From Catajapyx aquilonaris (Eukaryota), in contig KZ537984.1 of assembly GCA_000934665.2 (NCBI GenBank), positions 186,001 through 250,000 of the forward strand: a DNA stretch of 64,000 nt. Reading direction: 5' to 3'. Made by a program: the position numbers and the translations under genes. The notes beneath the pieces are model-generated. The model was not told the origin of the DNA and did not search any database. It saw only the letters and a program-made list of their open reading frames with translations. Positions 11,206-24,900 of the stretch are shown here, piece by piece (the first letter of the stretch is position 1; each line of letters opens with the position of its first letter).

Positions 11206-14200
11206 TATATATCCGCCAGCCCGCGTTTGCCGAGCCTGAGTGAAAACAATAGCCGTAATATATTCGGCGACAATGGTTTTGTGTGACGGGATAATTTCTG
11301 CGATGACCATCTTTGAAGCAACAGGTAGAGAAGGTAATTCATTGGCGGATGCTAATAGACTTTCCACTGACTCTTAACGCTGCCTAATTTCCCCGTTAGT
11401 CTAGCCAGGGAGATTGAGTGCTTGGTTCGAGGAATTGCGAATGAATTGAAGAGGATAGAGCATGCAGCAACCCGGGATGGAAATCAATATATCATGTGTA
11501 TGTGAACAATGGAATCAACTGTATATTGGAGGGAAATAATGGCACACGTAAGGCACCTCGTTTGGCATCTCCCGGAGGCCCTTAGAGGAGTGTATTCATT
11601 CAATTACAAGTCCCCTCGTATATCTGCCTTCCTCAGGCAATAAGAAATCTTCCGGTTATGAACTTTTTTGTTGCGGAGCCTGACAAACTTGCTCTTACAC
11701 AGTGTATCAGTGAAGAGAAATGGCTGCTACCCGAACTATAGAGTTTGGTGAAAATTTTGACCAAGGGCAGTATATTTTTATACCACGTGTTGCAAGTAAC
11801 ATGTTTGACATTTTTAGGGCGTTGTTGGCAAAATGCAAAATTATGGGGTGTAATTTTGCTTCAAATGCGAATGTGTGGGGAGATTGTATTTTATGGCCAC
11901 ATAATACATTAGAGGTTTCTTTCAAGATATGCATTATACTTTCTCATGCATAGCGTATCGGTCATAATGTTTCTATGCTCTGAATTCTATGCATAGAACA
12001 GTGACGTTTGATTCAGAAAAATGTCACTGTAAAAAATTTAATACTCACCTTTTTTGTTTTGCAATAAACTAGAAATTACATTTTAAAATTGCAAGGTCGC
12101 CATAACTGTAACGTGAGAGGATTTTTTTTCAAGTTTACATAAATTACTTGATATAACAATGCATATAAGCACACGTACTGTACGTGAATGATCAGATCAT
12201 TAATTCGTTCAGTAATATTGTATGGAGTAATATTGAACTTGAATTAACTGAACAGAACTGTAATCAATAGTTATTCTCGTTATTGTACTATTTGTGGCTG
12301 TACAAATAACTGTAACATTACATTAACAGTTAATAGTAGCCGTTAGGAAACAGGATGAAAGGTTATATTAACAGCTTTATCAACAAAAGTACAAAAGTGC
12401 AGTTCAGAAAAAATCTTTAAAAAAACTATTGAATTAGCAGTACGCGACTAGTAAAAATATATATACCCAGATATGCAAATTGCGAGTGGGATTTTATTTT
12501 ATTTTATTTTCAGTGGCAGGACCCGAATCTTTTTGAGAGGCAGCAGGCCTCGTCGGCTTCAAAACTGCTTTGGTCATCCACAGCCCCACAAAGGTTTGAA
12601 AGAGTCCAAATTAACTCCCCGCCCTCGATTTTTTTTATGCAGGCAAACTGGTTTTCGAGCAGCCCTATTTAATCGGAGAGAATAAGCTGCTTTTCATGTT
12701 TGGTCCACTTGAATGGCCGACATCGGGCCATCCCCGGAGAAAATGGATCGAAATTAAATTTTGTCCGTTTTTGTCCTAGGGTTTTTTTTTCGGAAGAGGA
12801 GGGGGGGGAGAGGAAAAAAGAGACTAAAGGAAAGATATCGATGGTAATCCCACTTTTTTGAGCAGTGGGGCAGACGGATTCCGGATTATGACCAGGCTTC
12901 TATAATTTGGGCAAAAAGGAGACAAGTCGAGCATGGCCCATATAAAGATTTAGAAAAAAGCAAGGATCTGTGGTCCCTTTTACTTTAACGATGATCCCAT
13001 TAGTTTTCGTCATTTCATTTTGGTCCAGTCTCTCGGATGTAAGCTAATGGCAATTCAAAAGTGTATGTATGCATAATTTTTGCCATAATTTTCAGAACAA
13101 GTGCGGCTCACTCATTTTCTGTTTGGAATATGAAAGAAAAAAAATGAAATGTACTTTTGGTGAAATGTGCTCTCCTTTAGGTTAGTTAGCCATACATTGC
13201 ACTGATGACTGTATCTGAACTACAACGTCTTCATTACACAGTCCAACTCAGAATAATCTTGCATAATGCTACCCTCAAAGTGCCTGGTAGGATTCCTCTC
13301 CCGGGAGGACAAAAGTGATGACAACACATTCACCTTGGTGCCTGATAGCTCGTAAACCGGTCAGCATTTGTCCTGCGGTTTGTCCCAATTGTTGGTCCAG
13401 GGGGGTTCTGGTGGTATACACTCACAGAGAGGGGTGTTTTACGAGCGGAGGAAAAATGAGCCGGCAGGGCTTGCAAGGTAATTCCCCGAGACAATATTTC
13501 TGAAACAGTGGTGCGTTGTGGGAAAAGGGACTTTTTGTGAGGTGTGCCCCCCTAAGGGCCGTCGTTATATTTTCTCCAGAAGTTTGCAAAACTGTTTTCT
13601 CTATAGAAAGTCAAGGGTGATGACCAACCGATGTATGGTGTCATTGCGGTTCTTGAACTCGCAATGTGCTGCACTGTTTTTGTATGGGATGGTTTGCGGG
13701 AAAATTGTGCACAGCTCGCTGCCTCTAATGCGGTTATTGTTATTTATTGTAGGTAACGCACGAGCAATTTATGTAATGCATTAATTCTCATCGGTACGCT
13801 GTATAATTCTGCGGTTAAGCTGCTACAAACATGTGTAACGAGGTGTTTTTTCATATCTGACGCTGTGTGTTAGTTTTTGAAATTATTGCTCGTTACGTGG
13901 CGCCACATTGTTAATATCTGAATCCAGGAACGCAATGCGTATCCTTTGATTCGGGAGACATTTTTAGTACTAGCACATTTTTCAGCTAGAGCATGTGCTG
14001 CGGCATACTATCGCAAGGGCTATTACTCTATTCTTGTCCGACAAATGCAATGCAGTTCTCTTTAACGGCATTACGCTTGAAGAAAGTAAATCAACAATGT
14101 AACATAGACGTGACGTGCAGGCTGACACGAAACTACTTCACTGGTTACAAGCTGCATTAAATTATGTAGCATGTTGGCATACCTTCTTTTTCCTGGTCAT

Positions 14201-17200
14201 ACCAGACCATAAAGACGATGCAATAAACATCTAATGCGCCATTGTTCAAGCCATAAATCAGCAATTGCTCTGTGCCTAGTTTTTTTTTGAAAAAAAAAAC
14301 TGGCTATGCGTTGTTGCAGCTATAAATCTATCCCCTGCGACGTCCTTATCTCCAAGTGTATATGCCTGACATTCGGACAGAAATCAGAGCCACGTGCACG
14401 ATTAAGTGTATACATTTCCTCTTCCCCCAACCGAATGATTGTGTCCTATTGTGCGTGTCGGTAGCAGAAATCGAACGACACTTATAGCAAGACTAACGTC
14501 CTCCTATCCGAAAATTAGGAGAAGCTACGCGTATAAATTTAGTCGTAGGGGGATGCCTAAAATATGATGTGTCAAGAGAAAAGAGAGGTTTTTTCTCCAC
14601 TCTTTTCCTCTCTCCTTTCCCCCCCTCCTCTTCCACCGATAGAGTTTCTTCGGTGAAATTGTTTCGCTCCCTGATCGAATGGTCTCCATTTTGTATTTTT
14701 TTTTCACTCTCTTTTCTTTTCCCCCCTCGATGTGTAAGGGGAGAAGGCTTCCTCTGCTGAATGAGAAGGGAGAGAGAAATGACAAACAAATAGAGCAGTT
14801 ATGGAGGGATGCGAGATTTTTCCATGCATCACTCAGTGAGAGTTGTGAGGGGTGGAGGGAACGACACTTGCAAATAAAGTGAGTATTGAAAAAGAAAAGC
14901 GTGATTTTTCTATTCTTATGTGCTTAGGATGAAGGACTGGTAATGTATTCGACTTTCTGGAGAATCAATCATGTTTTGGTCGAAAAATTATTATTATTAT
15001 TTTAAAATACTTGTACGAGAATTTATGGTTGCAATATATGTAGTGAGAGTCCATTCTCGAAAGTGGAAGTGACCATTACCTTCTTTCCTCATTAGTATCA
15101 TTAGCTTTAAATACTGCACTACTAGTATACAGGACGAGGGGGTATTTTGGCGGTAATACCCATTGCTTGGTTTACTAATTGCGCGATATGCAGTAAGCGT
15201 TTGGGCTCAGAGAATGGGAATAAAAGTCGAGCTCAGGGGGGGCAGAAAGGTGCACGTATAGTAACGAATTTCATAATTCAAGAGTTGCAATTAGCGCTAA
15301 CCCCCTACTGGATTAAACGTCTAGCAAATTGCAACAATTGATTAGTGCGTAATGCGCCATTATTACAAGGGACACAATAATTCACAATAGCTGTAGCCGT
15401 ACTTTTTCGGGCATGCAGTTAAAAGCAGAACAATACCACTAGCGCTGGGAATAAATTATTCAGTTACATAATACCGTATAACATTAAAGAAGCGAATTTA
15501 ATCAGCATGCAACATGACACGTGCCTTACAAACAACAGTTGTTAGCACATAAAAATCACATTGGGCCTTTCTAATGAGCACGAACCCAAAATCCCCGTAC
15601 TAAATTACCTAATCATGAACGGACCTGGTCAATGATTCACTACTTTTATTAAATAATGAGAGCCCCATGTTGTTGCACTGGCCAGACAGGTAGTTGTAAT
15701 GGCATTTCGCCAAGCTGGATGATATGGATGCACATCTCTATTGCTGTTTGTACTTCAAGTATTTGGATCATCAAGAACCATGTATTGGCCACAAGATGAG
15801 CGATGCAGCCGCGAAACTATTCCGCTCTTAAACTTAATTCAGAAATTTTTTCAAATACTTCAGCGTATGACTGGTTATTTATGATTGAATAATGTTAGCC
15901 ATCAATTGCTTATGTTTGCTGAGAAAGTTGTGCAAAATTTCGGTCGGTACGTCCGATCATAATTATCAATTTAGGAGACCTGGTGAAGTTCATAATCGGT
16001 GATCAAATATGATCCTGGTATTGTAGATTTACTGCAGCGGATATTAATATGTAACGTGAATCGGTGTTGCGATATTGCATAAACATTGCATGATACTTTG
16101 CTTTACGAGGCATGGCAGTAAATACCCAAAACTCTGTTTAATAAGCGATACATTTTCTGGCTCCCGTACATCATCCATGATTTCCTTCATGGAGTGACTT
16201 ATGAAAGTTTAACCAAAAGGGTTCAATTATAAATGAAGTATTGGGCAATCCGTCTGATACAGTGACACTGGAAACATACTGGCTGAGCAAGTACAGGTAG
16301 TTAGTTGAACCTCTACAGTTTACCCACTTGGCCTCATGTAATATGAATGACACCGCCACCGATTTTCGACTTGTAACTCTTCCGGCGTGATTACATTATT
16401 ATTGCGAGTTAGATACAAATCGGTGAGAGCGCCTGCTATGTACACGACTTGTTGAACAGAAGAGGCGCATTGGTCATCTAACTGCAAGGATATGAGGAGC
16501 CATCAAATCGATTGCTCGCACTGTACCACAAAAATTATGCGAAACACTATTAGCATGTAAAACATATTTTTTAAATATGCATTCAGTCAACCGGCCGTTA
16601 GTCGACTAACCAGAAGTTAGGTCGTAAAATGCGCACTTTCACTAATTAATATCGCGACATTGTCATCGCTCCATTAAGCGGGTGGCACATGCAACAACAC
16701 CGAGTCTACACATCCAAAGAGAGACGGATAGTAATTAAATGCGGCCAATAAAGATTTTAAAGCGACACTGATGCCTCCCGATTAGGATCTTGAGCACCGA
16801 TTCACTTCAAGACGAACGGGGCCCTTCCCTTTGTTCGGCTCCCATGTAAAGGGGCGGTTAACAAGATCGACCCGAATTTGAAGGTGCGGCGGAGGCCTAT
16901 CGAGAGTCTATAGAAAGGGGCGATAACCGGGGGCATGCGAGGCTGTAGAAAACAAAAAAAAGGGGTGCTGGAAAAAAAGCTAGACCTTCCCATCATCCAG
17001 GGGCAGAGAAAGTAGCGCTTGGAGAAGATCCCCCTCCCTCAAAAGGTTTTTTACAAAAAAAAGGAGGCTGCATCTCTGCTGGCAAACGATAAGTGGACAA
17101 GCCAAGTGATTGGAATGTATCAGGATTGTGGGCAGGGTAAAAAGGGAAGAAGGCAAGAAGGGAAGAGTCTGATATGGCCCAACTCCGGAAGGCTCTGGGT

Positions 17201-20172
17201 TGCCTTCTGAAAAATTACTTCTCCGGCGCCAACAAGAGGATGGTGCATTTAATATCCAGGATCTTCCAGGCGACAGGGGCTTTCTCGAATCTGGAGGGTA
17301 CACACTCTGGACCAAATATCAATGGCCTTTTTTTATGGACCGCAGGCTACTGAGAGGCTGTTACATTAAATAGAAATATATTTAAAACTAGGGGCTTGTA
17401 TTTATGCTCCACTGTACAGTATATGATGTGTAATTTAATTACAAGCTGCGTTTGGCATTTGGATGTTACCTATGCAGCGTGTCGTATAGTAAATGTATGC
17501 AGCGTAATTGATTGGCGTATTTTTGTGCTGGTTTGAAACAGACCTGCGGTTCGCTAAAAATTATGACAATTACAATAACATAACTCCCTGCACCACATTA
17601 AACATCAATCACTGCCAACATATTGACATTGTCCAGAAAAAAAACTGATATGTTTGAAATACAACTGTGAACTTTGTCGCACACTAATTCTAGAGACATT
17701 AACAAAGGCCTCTTCGCCCAAACCTGATGACTATGTGTATCTTGCGGCATGCCAAACGCTGTCTCCCTGAAGCTTAAGGTGTTCAGAGCAAACCCCCAGC
17801 AGGGTATTGAGAAAGGAAGGGTTATATAGTGGGGATGCATGGCCGAGCATTTGATAGGTGGTGCAAGTTTGCGACCAGTTTGATCACTCTTCGGCAAGCC
17901 ACTTTGGAGAGCATTAGTCTAATCTCCGGTTAGGAGGAAACGGGCTAGCTCCAAGTCCGTTCTAACGGTGTGGGAACCCTTCTGTCTCCATCAGAACTAA
18001 TCTGGCCAACTTGGGAGAGACATTGCAAGTTAATCCTTTCAATGGGAAAGGGGGTTTTCTCTCCTGGATCTTTTCCCGATTACCTCGACCCTCTAGACTC
18101 TTTTTTCTTTTACAACCATTGTTTTTTTGTGTGTGTTCTTAACCCAAACTACTCCTTCCTAGAACCCACCAGCAGCTTCTTCTCTAGGGCTTGCAAGGTT
18201 GGTCCCTCAGGGAAGAAAGTGTTTTGCGCCTCGAGAGTCCGATCCCTTTTGGCCTCCTCCAATACGTCTCGGCGAAAGGAATGGGAATGATTGCCTTCTT
18301 CACTTTCTCCCTGCGGAGAAAGAATCACTTCTGCCGCATCGAACCAAAGCACTGAGGAGTCTTCAGAAAGGGGAAGATTGAGCGCGAATAAAAAATGATG
18401 AGGCGCGGGGAGCAATTGTAAAAAAAAAGAGGAGAAGACACGTAGTGTTTCATATGGGGCTGGTTTCATTTTCCGATCCGAAGCGGGCCTCACCTTTTTT
18501 TCTTTCTTCTTCTGAAGATGAAGCCCAGTCCTTGGGCTCGGCTGAGTTTCAATTCCCACCCATTTCCCAATTTCTCACCCCTTCCAAGCCGAGATTGGGC
18601 TCCAAGGAAGCGAGAGGGAGACGAAGGAGTTTCGTTTTGACAGACGTTTCCCTTTGTTGCCACGAAATGGGTCACATTAAAACTGGCTTTCCCGACGAAT
18701 GCCTCTCCTTGCCATTGCTTGGCTACTGCTGGAGTCGAGCTTGCACACACTTTAGAGAGAGAGAGACTATCATCCCTGCTGCTTCACGCTGCAGATGGTC
18801 ACCAACGATTGACTTTTCCACTTCATTACGTGTCTTCTCTCCGACGACGCCTCTCTTTCTCTCCCATTTCTTTTTTTTTTCTCTCACTTCGAAGCTGTCA
18901 GGCTGCTGGAGATGTAACTGCTGGGAACATAAAAAAGTGCGTATATACAGTGCAGCGGGCTGAAGAAATTATTGTCTGACATTTTAGAATACTGAGAGGG
19001 AAAATTCGGCTCGAATATAGTGACATGGTTCTAAAACGGTTGTAATAATTAGGGCTGAATGGTCATAAGTTTTAGTGCGGCTCTAGTCAAATATTGAGTG
19101 AATATTTTCTGAACTGTTTCATTGAGTGAAAAAAAGTTCAACACTTTTCGAAGTATTTGAGAGATCATAACATCACACTATTCCAGGATGCTGTTGGTAC
19201 AATGAACTTGGGCAGATGCACACTATGTTAAAGAAAAAGAACATGGGAAGCCACTTTGACCCCACAAGTTTTTCTTTGGAGGTGTTTGCGAATCTCTGAA
19301 TCCAACTTTGTGTTGTGTGCATTGGCGAGGGAGAGAGGCCTGTATCACATCAGCATCTCGGTATTTCCCCATTGACAATCCCGATGATCGATTCTCTGAC
19401 CGGAATGGAGATGATGCACCCTGTTTATATGCAGCCAAAGTGAATTGAGGGAGAGGCCAAGAAAGGGAGACTCTGCGGAAGCAATCTCAGCATATATCTA
19501 CTCTCTATACACATTTCTTTTTTTCTTTGGCTGTCTCTCACACCCTGCAGCAGCATCCCAGTTGACGTCTAGTCCCGGAGTATTCCCCACAGCAATTCCT
19601 CAGCAGCGGGCATGAAGCATAGGTAATGACTGTGAGGTCGCGCGTTGTAATGAGCCGGGCATTTGCCGTCGCGTCCCAAGAGTACGGATCGCGTCTCATG
19701 GCGAACGTAAATCAAAGCCGGATCGCGGTTATCCCAATCGTTTTATTCATCAGCTCCCGAGTCTGTGCATCAGAAGCACTCTCTCCATTCACCGCTCTTT
19801 TTCCATTTTTTTTTTTCCATCGTCCACTTTTTTTTTTGGCCAAGATATATCCATGGGACAGTCCGTGCTGTAAATCTCTTGATCCAAGGGGGACTCCCGT
19901 TGTAAAATTGGTATTTGTCACGATTCGTTTTGGAGCTTCTCCTGTACAGCCGTCCCATTTCGAGTAGGGATCCCGAGTGAAACCTAGTGTGACGAAAATG
20001 GGACTGGCTGCGACCGAGGGATCCTTTCAGCGTCGACATGCTTCCTGTCGACCTCTCTGCATGAAATGTAACCTTCCACGTTTAAGTTACCTGATTCATA
20101 CACAGGTCGAGTCGCCCATTTATTTTCAGCCGTCTAGTTTGAAAAGAAAAGCTGGTCTCAAAAGGAAGCACA

Positions 20173-20216
20173 CAGGGTGGTCCAATAAGAACTTAGCTGT
20201 AAGTAACCCCACCCTG
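20173..20216. mobile_element. 44-bp Tc1/mariner-type MITE relic
   Basis: CA-CAGGGTGG...CCACCCTG-TA, the same terminal motif as the other copies in the window. Confidence 0.45.
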
Positions 20217-21710
20217 TACTTGTTAGACACGTGCTGTTGATGGGGACGGAAAATTAGAGGCAGAGTAATTAGTGCTTTTTTTCCTTCTTCTTCTCAGCCA
20301 GTGATTTCCGGGGAGAATAATTTCTGAAAGGTGGAACAAAGAATGCGTTCTTTCATCAGCATTCGGGGCTGCTTGGTGTTGACTACCTCACTCCATCACT
20401 GTCACTCTTCCCTCGTGGCATTTAGCGGCTTGCCAGAGAACCCCAGGGCCGTTAAAAGAAAAAAATGAAGTACAAGAAATTAAAATATTAAATGTCGGTC
20501 CCCCCCCTCCGGAGGCTGCGGGAGATGGCATTTGTCTGTCTGGAGCAGAACTGGAATTGACGACTCCGGGAGGGAAAACAGCGCTAAACGTCAAGGCGAC
20601 GAAAGTGGGCACTCCATTTGGTATGCGGGAGATAGGGCAGGAAGAGGTTTTGGGGGGCCAAATCCCATGTGACGTGGATGGGAAGCTGCAGGAGCTTTGT
20701 CCACGTCCCTGCGATCAAGAGTTTCATCTCCAGCGAATCGGACGTATACGGGAGGCAATTAAGATGGAGGTGAAAACCTTCCAACCCTCGAGGCCCTCTT
20801 CTGGGGATTGGGAGCCATGGCGCTGTACCGTATAAAAGCGACCTTCCCATCAACTGGAATGACCAATTTATGCCGTGAAGAGAGGACTTGAACGACGTCG
20901 TTTCTTACCATTCTGGAATAAGCGTGGGAGGAAAGCAATTGGGAGAGATTGTTGGCTTCTTCTCTCACAGCACACTATACCCCTTTTTTTCTATCGGCGA
21001 ATGGTATGCCCGCTCTTTTCAGATCGTGAATCAGACAAACATTTCTACGATGTTCTACGAGTTTCTTTGCAATTTCCTCTTCGTAGCGGGAATAGCTGTA
21101 ATTCCTAATTAAAATATCTCGCGAGCATTGCCTTGTTGGAATTCGCTATCATTTGCCTTCCTGCATATAAAATTGCAGCTCCAGTAAGCATTGGTATGCG
21201 TTTTATGGGAGTGATCTCGGTACATTGGCACTATTCGGCTAACAACCGGCCGAAACCGAAACATTTAGGAACTAAATTGCATCGCTTCTAACGCTCTTTT
21301 GAAGAAGGTGTGAACTGGCTTTAAAAACTTAAGTCTTTTGTGCTTTTGCTAGCGTTATCAGTAGCCTACCACGAAAACACTTGTGAGAGTTTGCAGGGAG
21401 AAAAACAAACAAAACCCGCCTCTTCTAACCAGGAGTTAAAGCCACCCTAAACGCATGGGTAATCTCATTAAATCGTAAATCTGGTCTACACATGAATATT
21501 TTCTAATGCCTCGCAGATCCTCCTAAATCCGATTTTAAGTCCTTGGACTAACCCTTGGAATCCATGTAAATATATCCCACATTAATATTAAATCTTGTGC
21601 TCTCAGTCAAGCCTTGAGGTTGAAAGTAAACAACAACACACACTTTGGTCAGACAATGTATAATAGGCCTACATTTGATGGTCGTATCACTTTTTAATTA
21701 GTTTTTTTGA

Positions 21711-21977
21711 TAAATATTATATAAAGCAGGAAGTTTGTTGGTATTATGCCACGGCTACCTAACCCACTTTCAGAGTAATGAGAGTACTGAAACTTGGCAC
21801 ACTGACGTCTTACGTGCCGCTGATTGAGGGACAAGTCCGAAAACTGCAATTTATTGCTAAAATTAATGCTAAAATTTAGAATATTTGTTTGTTATTATGT
21901 TTGGTGTCTCATATGCGGATAGTGTGGCACATTTTAAAATATATCAATCACCGTCCGAAGAACGGGTCCCCTGCTAG
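21711..21977 (+). mobile_element. non-autonomous Helitron-like element, ~270 bp
   Basis: 3' hairpin CCGTCC-GAA-GAACGG (21951-21965) followed by CTAG (21974-21977) and a host T. The 5' end AATATTATATAAAGCAGGAAGTTTGTT and internal TGAAACTTGGCACAC resemble invertebrate non-autonomous Helitrons. The canonical 5' TC is not preserved, so the start is approximate. Confidence 0.65.
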
Positions 21978-24900
21978 TATATAACGCTATATTTCTCTGC
22001 ATTTCATATGAACATTTCCTAAATGCATCACAAGGCACAGACTTTTCGTTCATCGCTCGACTGGTCCTTTTTTTTCGTGCCTCAGGTGCTTGCATATTAA
22101 CTCACATTCCTGACTTTTCGATTATTTTTGGTCTTCCGCTTCCGCCCTGCTAATGCCCCATGAATTGACAAGATTGGGTTCCAAGCCTTGTTCCTTCTCC
22201 GGCTCCCCAATCTTTTCCGCCTGTGCTTCGCCGGTAAACTTTACATTAAGAATCGATAACGTATTCCTCCTTCGCCATTTTTGTTCTTATAACTGGATCC
22301 TTCCATCTTCCATCCTTCCGTTGGACGGGTTTGCCCTTCCACTTCTTTCCCCTGCCATGATCTCTTTCATCACTACCCCCCCTCCAAGAACCAAAAGGAA
22401 GGGGGGGGAGGGTTTCTTACATTGAGAGAAGGAGGGGCGTGAGGGCAATTTCCTTTCTTCCCCCATTGCTTCCTCATCTTCTCCCCAGTTATCCTTACCC
22501 TCCATCTCTCTCCCCTTATATCCTTATCGCTGCCACCGAGATTGACTGACTCCCAGACAATGAATATGCACATTTACATAATAATCTGCGAACAGTGCCG
22601 TGCGCATAATTGCCAACTTCCCCCCCTATATACTGAAAAATGATAAGGTTGACAGCCAGGTTTCATTCTCTAGCTTGTTTGTGTAGTTAAGCACGTTTCC
22701 GGTGGCAGGGAAATCCCCAAAACACGACTTCGCACATTGACGTGGACTAATTTGGTTAATAGAGCGAAATGATCTTTAGATTAGAAGATTCACGGGCTTG
22801 CACACCCATTGCTGGCAAAGGAGAGTTAATTTTCTGCGTACCACCCGAAGCGTACCCATCATCCGGTTTTCTCAAAGCGAAAACCCAAATTAGTCCAAAT
22901 GCAAGGTATGCCCCTCCGCGAGATAATTATAACAAGAGGAGCTGGATTGATTCACCGTTCTAAGGGTTGGAGAAGGAGAATTAACTTGTTTATTGTAAAA
23001 CGCTTTGTCGCTTTGGGGGGAGGGGGGGGGGATAAACAAGAGACTCATCTTTTTGGTGTGAAGGAACCAGACCTCATTGGCAGTTTCAGGGGTCGTCTCC
23101 CCTTCGAACCGATACTTTTCGAGACGTTTTTCCTTGCCAAATGAGGCCACGATAATGCGTGCTGTCGATCACTGGGATGTCTTAGCCCCTGCCCTGGTTC
23201 GATTTTGGGGGGTGCGAAGAGCCATCAAAAGAAAAGCTCAAGGGCAATGCGAGGGTTTGGTTCTAGGAGAGTAATTACCAGATAAAGACGCTGTTTATGG
23301 CCGTCTGAGTCGGTTTTTAAGTTTCATAATTCGTTCTTTTTACTACCTTGCAGTTGGCATTTTATAGAATTGTTATTGAGGTAAATGGCCAAATCGATGG
23401 GAGAGATATAAATGGGGGGGCGTATGTTGGATGTTCAAAAGTATAGAATTGGGTCAATGTCAGATACTTTAAATGTCACCACATTTTCTCCAGAAACATC
23501 TGATCATTTTTATGTTAGTTGTTATAATGTAAGCGTGCAATGCAATTATCGTGTGTTAAAATCAATACGCCCAGTGTTACATAGGCAATCCAAAAAAATA
23601 TACGGCTTGAAAATCGTGGACCTTTAAGACCAGCCTCGTAAATTTCATCCCCACGACGGGACATTAATATGCGCATGAAAAGAGGGGATTTCCCGGGTTG
23701 GTTCTACCGAAGCATATACATCTCGGTACGCTCGTTGCAAAGTCCTTTGAAATGTGATTGTATAATATAGCTTGTACTACACCCCCACCAAACCCAGGGC
23801 TTGGACCGACCCCCACGTGCACGAGGCCATAAGCCGAAATTGTGCTTCGGTGTGCGGGGGTGTTTAGCAGAGTTGCGGCTGAAAATGATGCCGCGATAAT
23901 GCACCGCCTGCCACACACGAAAATAATTAATATCCACAGCTAGTTTCATGAACTTCAAATAAGGACAGTCTGCGCACTGATTATGGCTGTGATTGATTGC
24001 AGGAAGGGTTATTAATCCCGGATTAGCAGTGTTATTGCAGCTGCAACGCTTTAAAATTGGGCACGATGTGTGTGTGCTCCGGGGTTCTCAGAAAACCCTC
24101 GACAAATTGCATGGCTGTGTTTTCCGTATGGAACCGGGACTCAAATTATGCGAAATCTAGACACAGGACCTTGGGCGAAAAGGTGTTTACTTACAGGTGT
24201 GAGTGATGCTTCGGTGGTAAACTGACATTTGATACGTTGTTGCACAGTTTCATAATGGCGCGTCTTGGAAAGTGAGCTAAACACTAACGAGCTTGCCTCG
24301 AGGACATCATGGTGCGGACAAACATTACGTGACAAAATCGGCCGCAAAACAATACTGATTACACAAATGAATCCTGTAGTCATTGTAGAGTATGTACCAA
24401 AATTACTCCTTGCCCGCATTTAGACACCTCCGAGACCCGTTGGGCTGGGCCAGGAATGCAGTGCTTGGGTCAGACCATTGCCTCTCACGCAGACCACACT
24501 GCCTATGATGCCCCCAAAACCATGGATGCTTGCGGGCAGGACCTGTCGATGAACCGTTGCGGTGCTTCCCCAACTGCAAATGAAACATGCCTTCAGCCAA
24601 ACTTTGAACCCGACAAGCGCAAGTCATCATTATGGAACACCCTGTGTGTGTGTGTTTGGTAGTGATATTCGAAGTATAAAGCTGGTGGTGGGTAGGGAAA
24701 GAGCCTGGTCGTGGCTCGTTGGAGCGTTGGCCGAGCATGAGGAAGGATAATGGGCGCAACGAAAGACCTCCAATTGTGCTCGCGGATTTTCCGCCGCTGA
24801 GCGGCCTCATTAGCGCCACGTCGACTTACCTTCTCTCTACCCGCACTGTACACTCTTTTTTTGTGTATTATTTTCCTTCCCTATACGAGTACGTACATAC

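Noticed and set aside
16597..16610. Perfect 14-bp palindrome GTTAGTCGACTAAC
   Set aside because: A few such palindromes are expected by chance in 64 kb.
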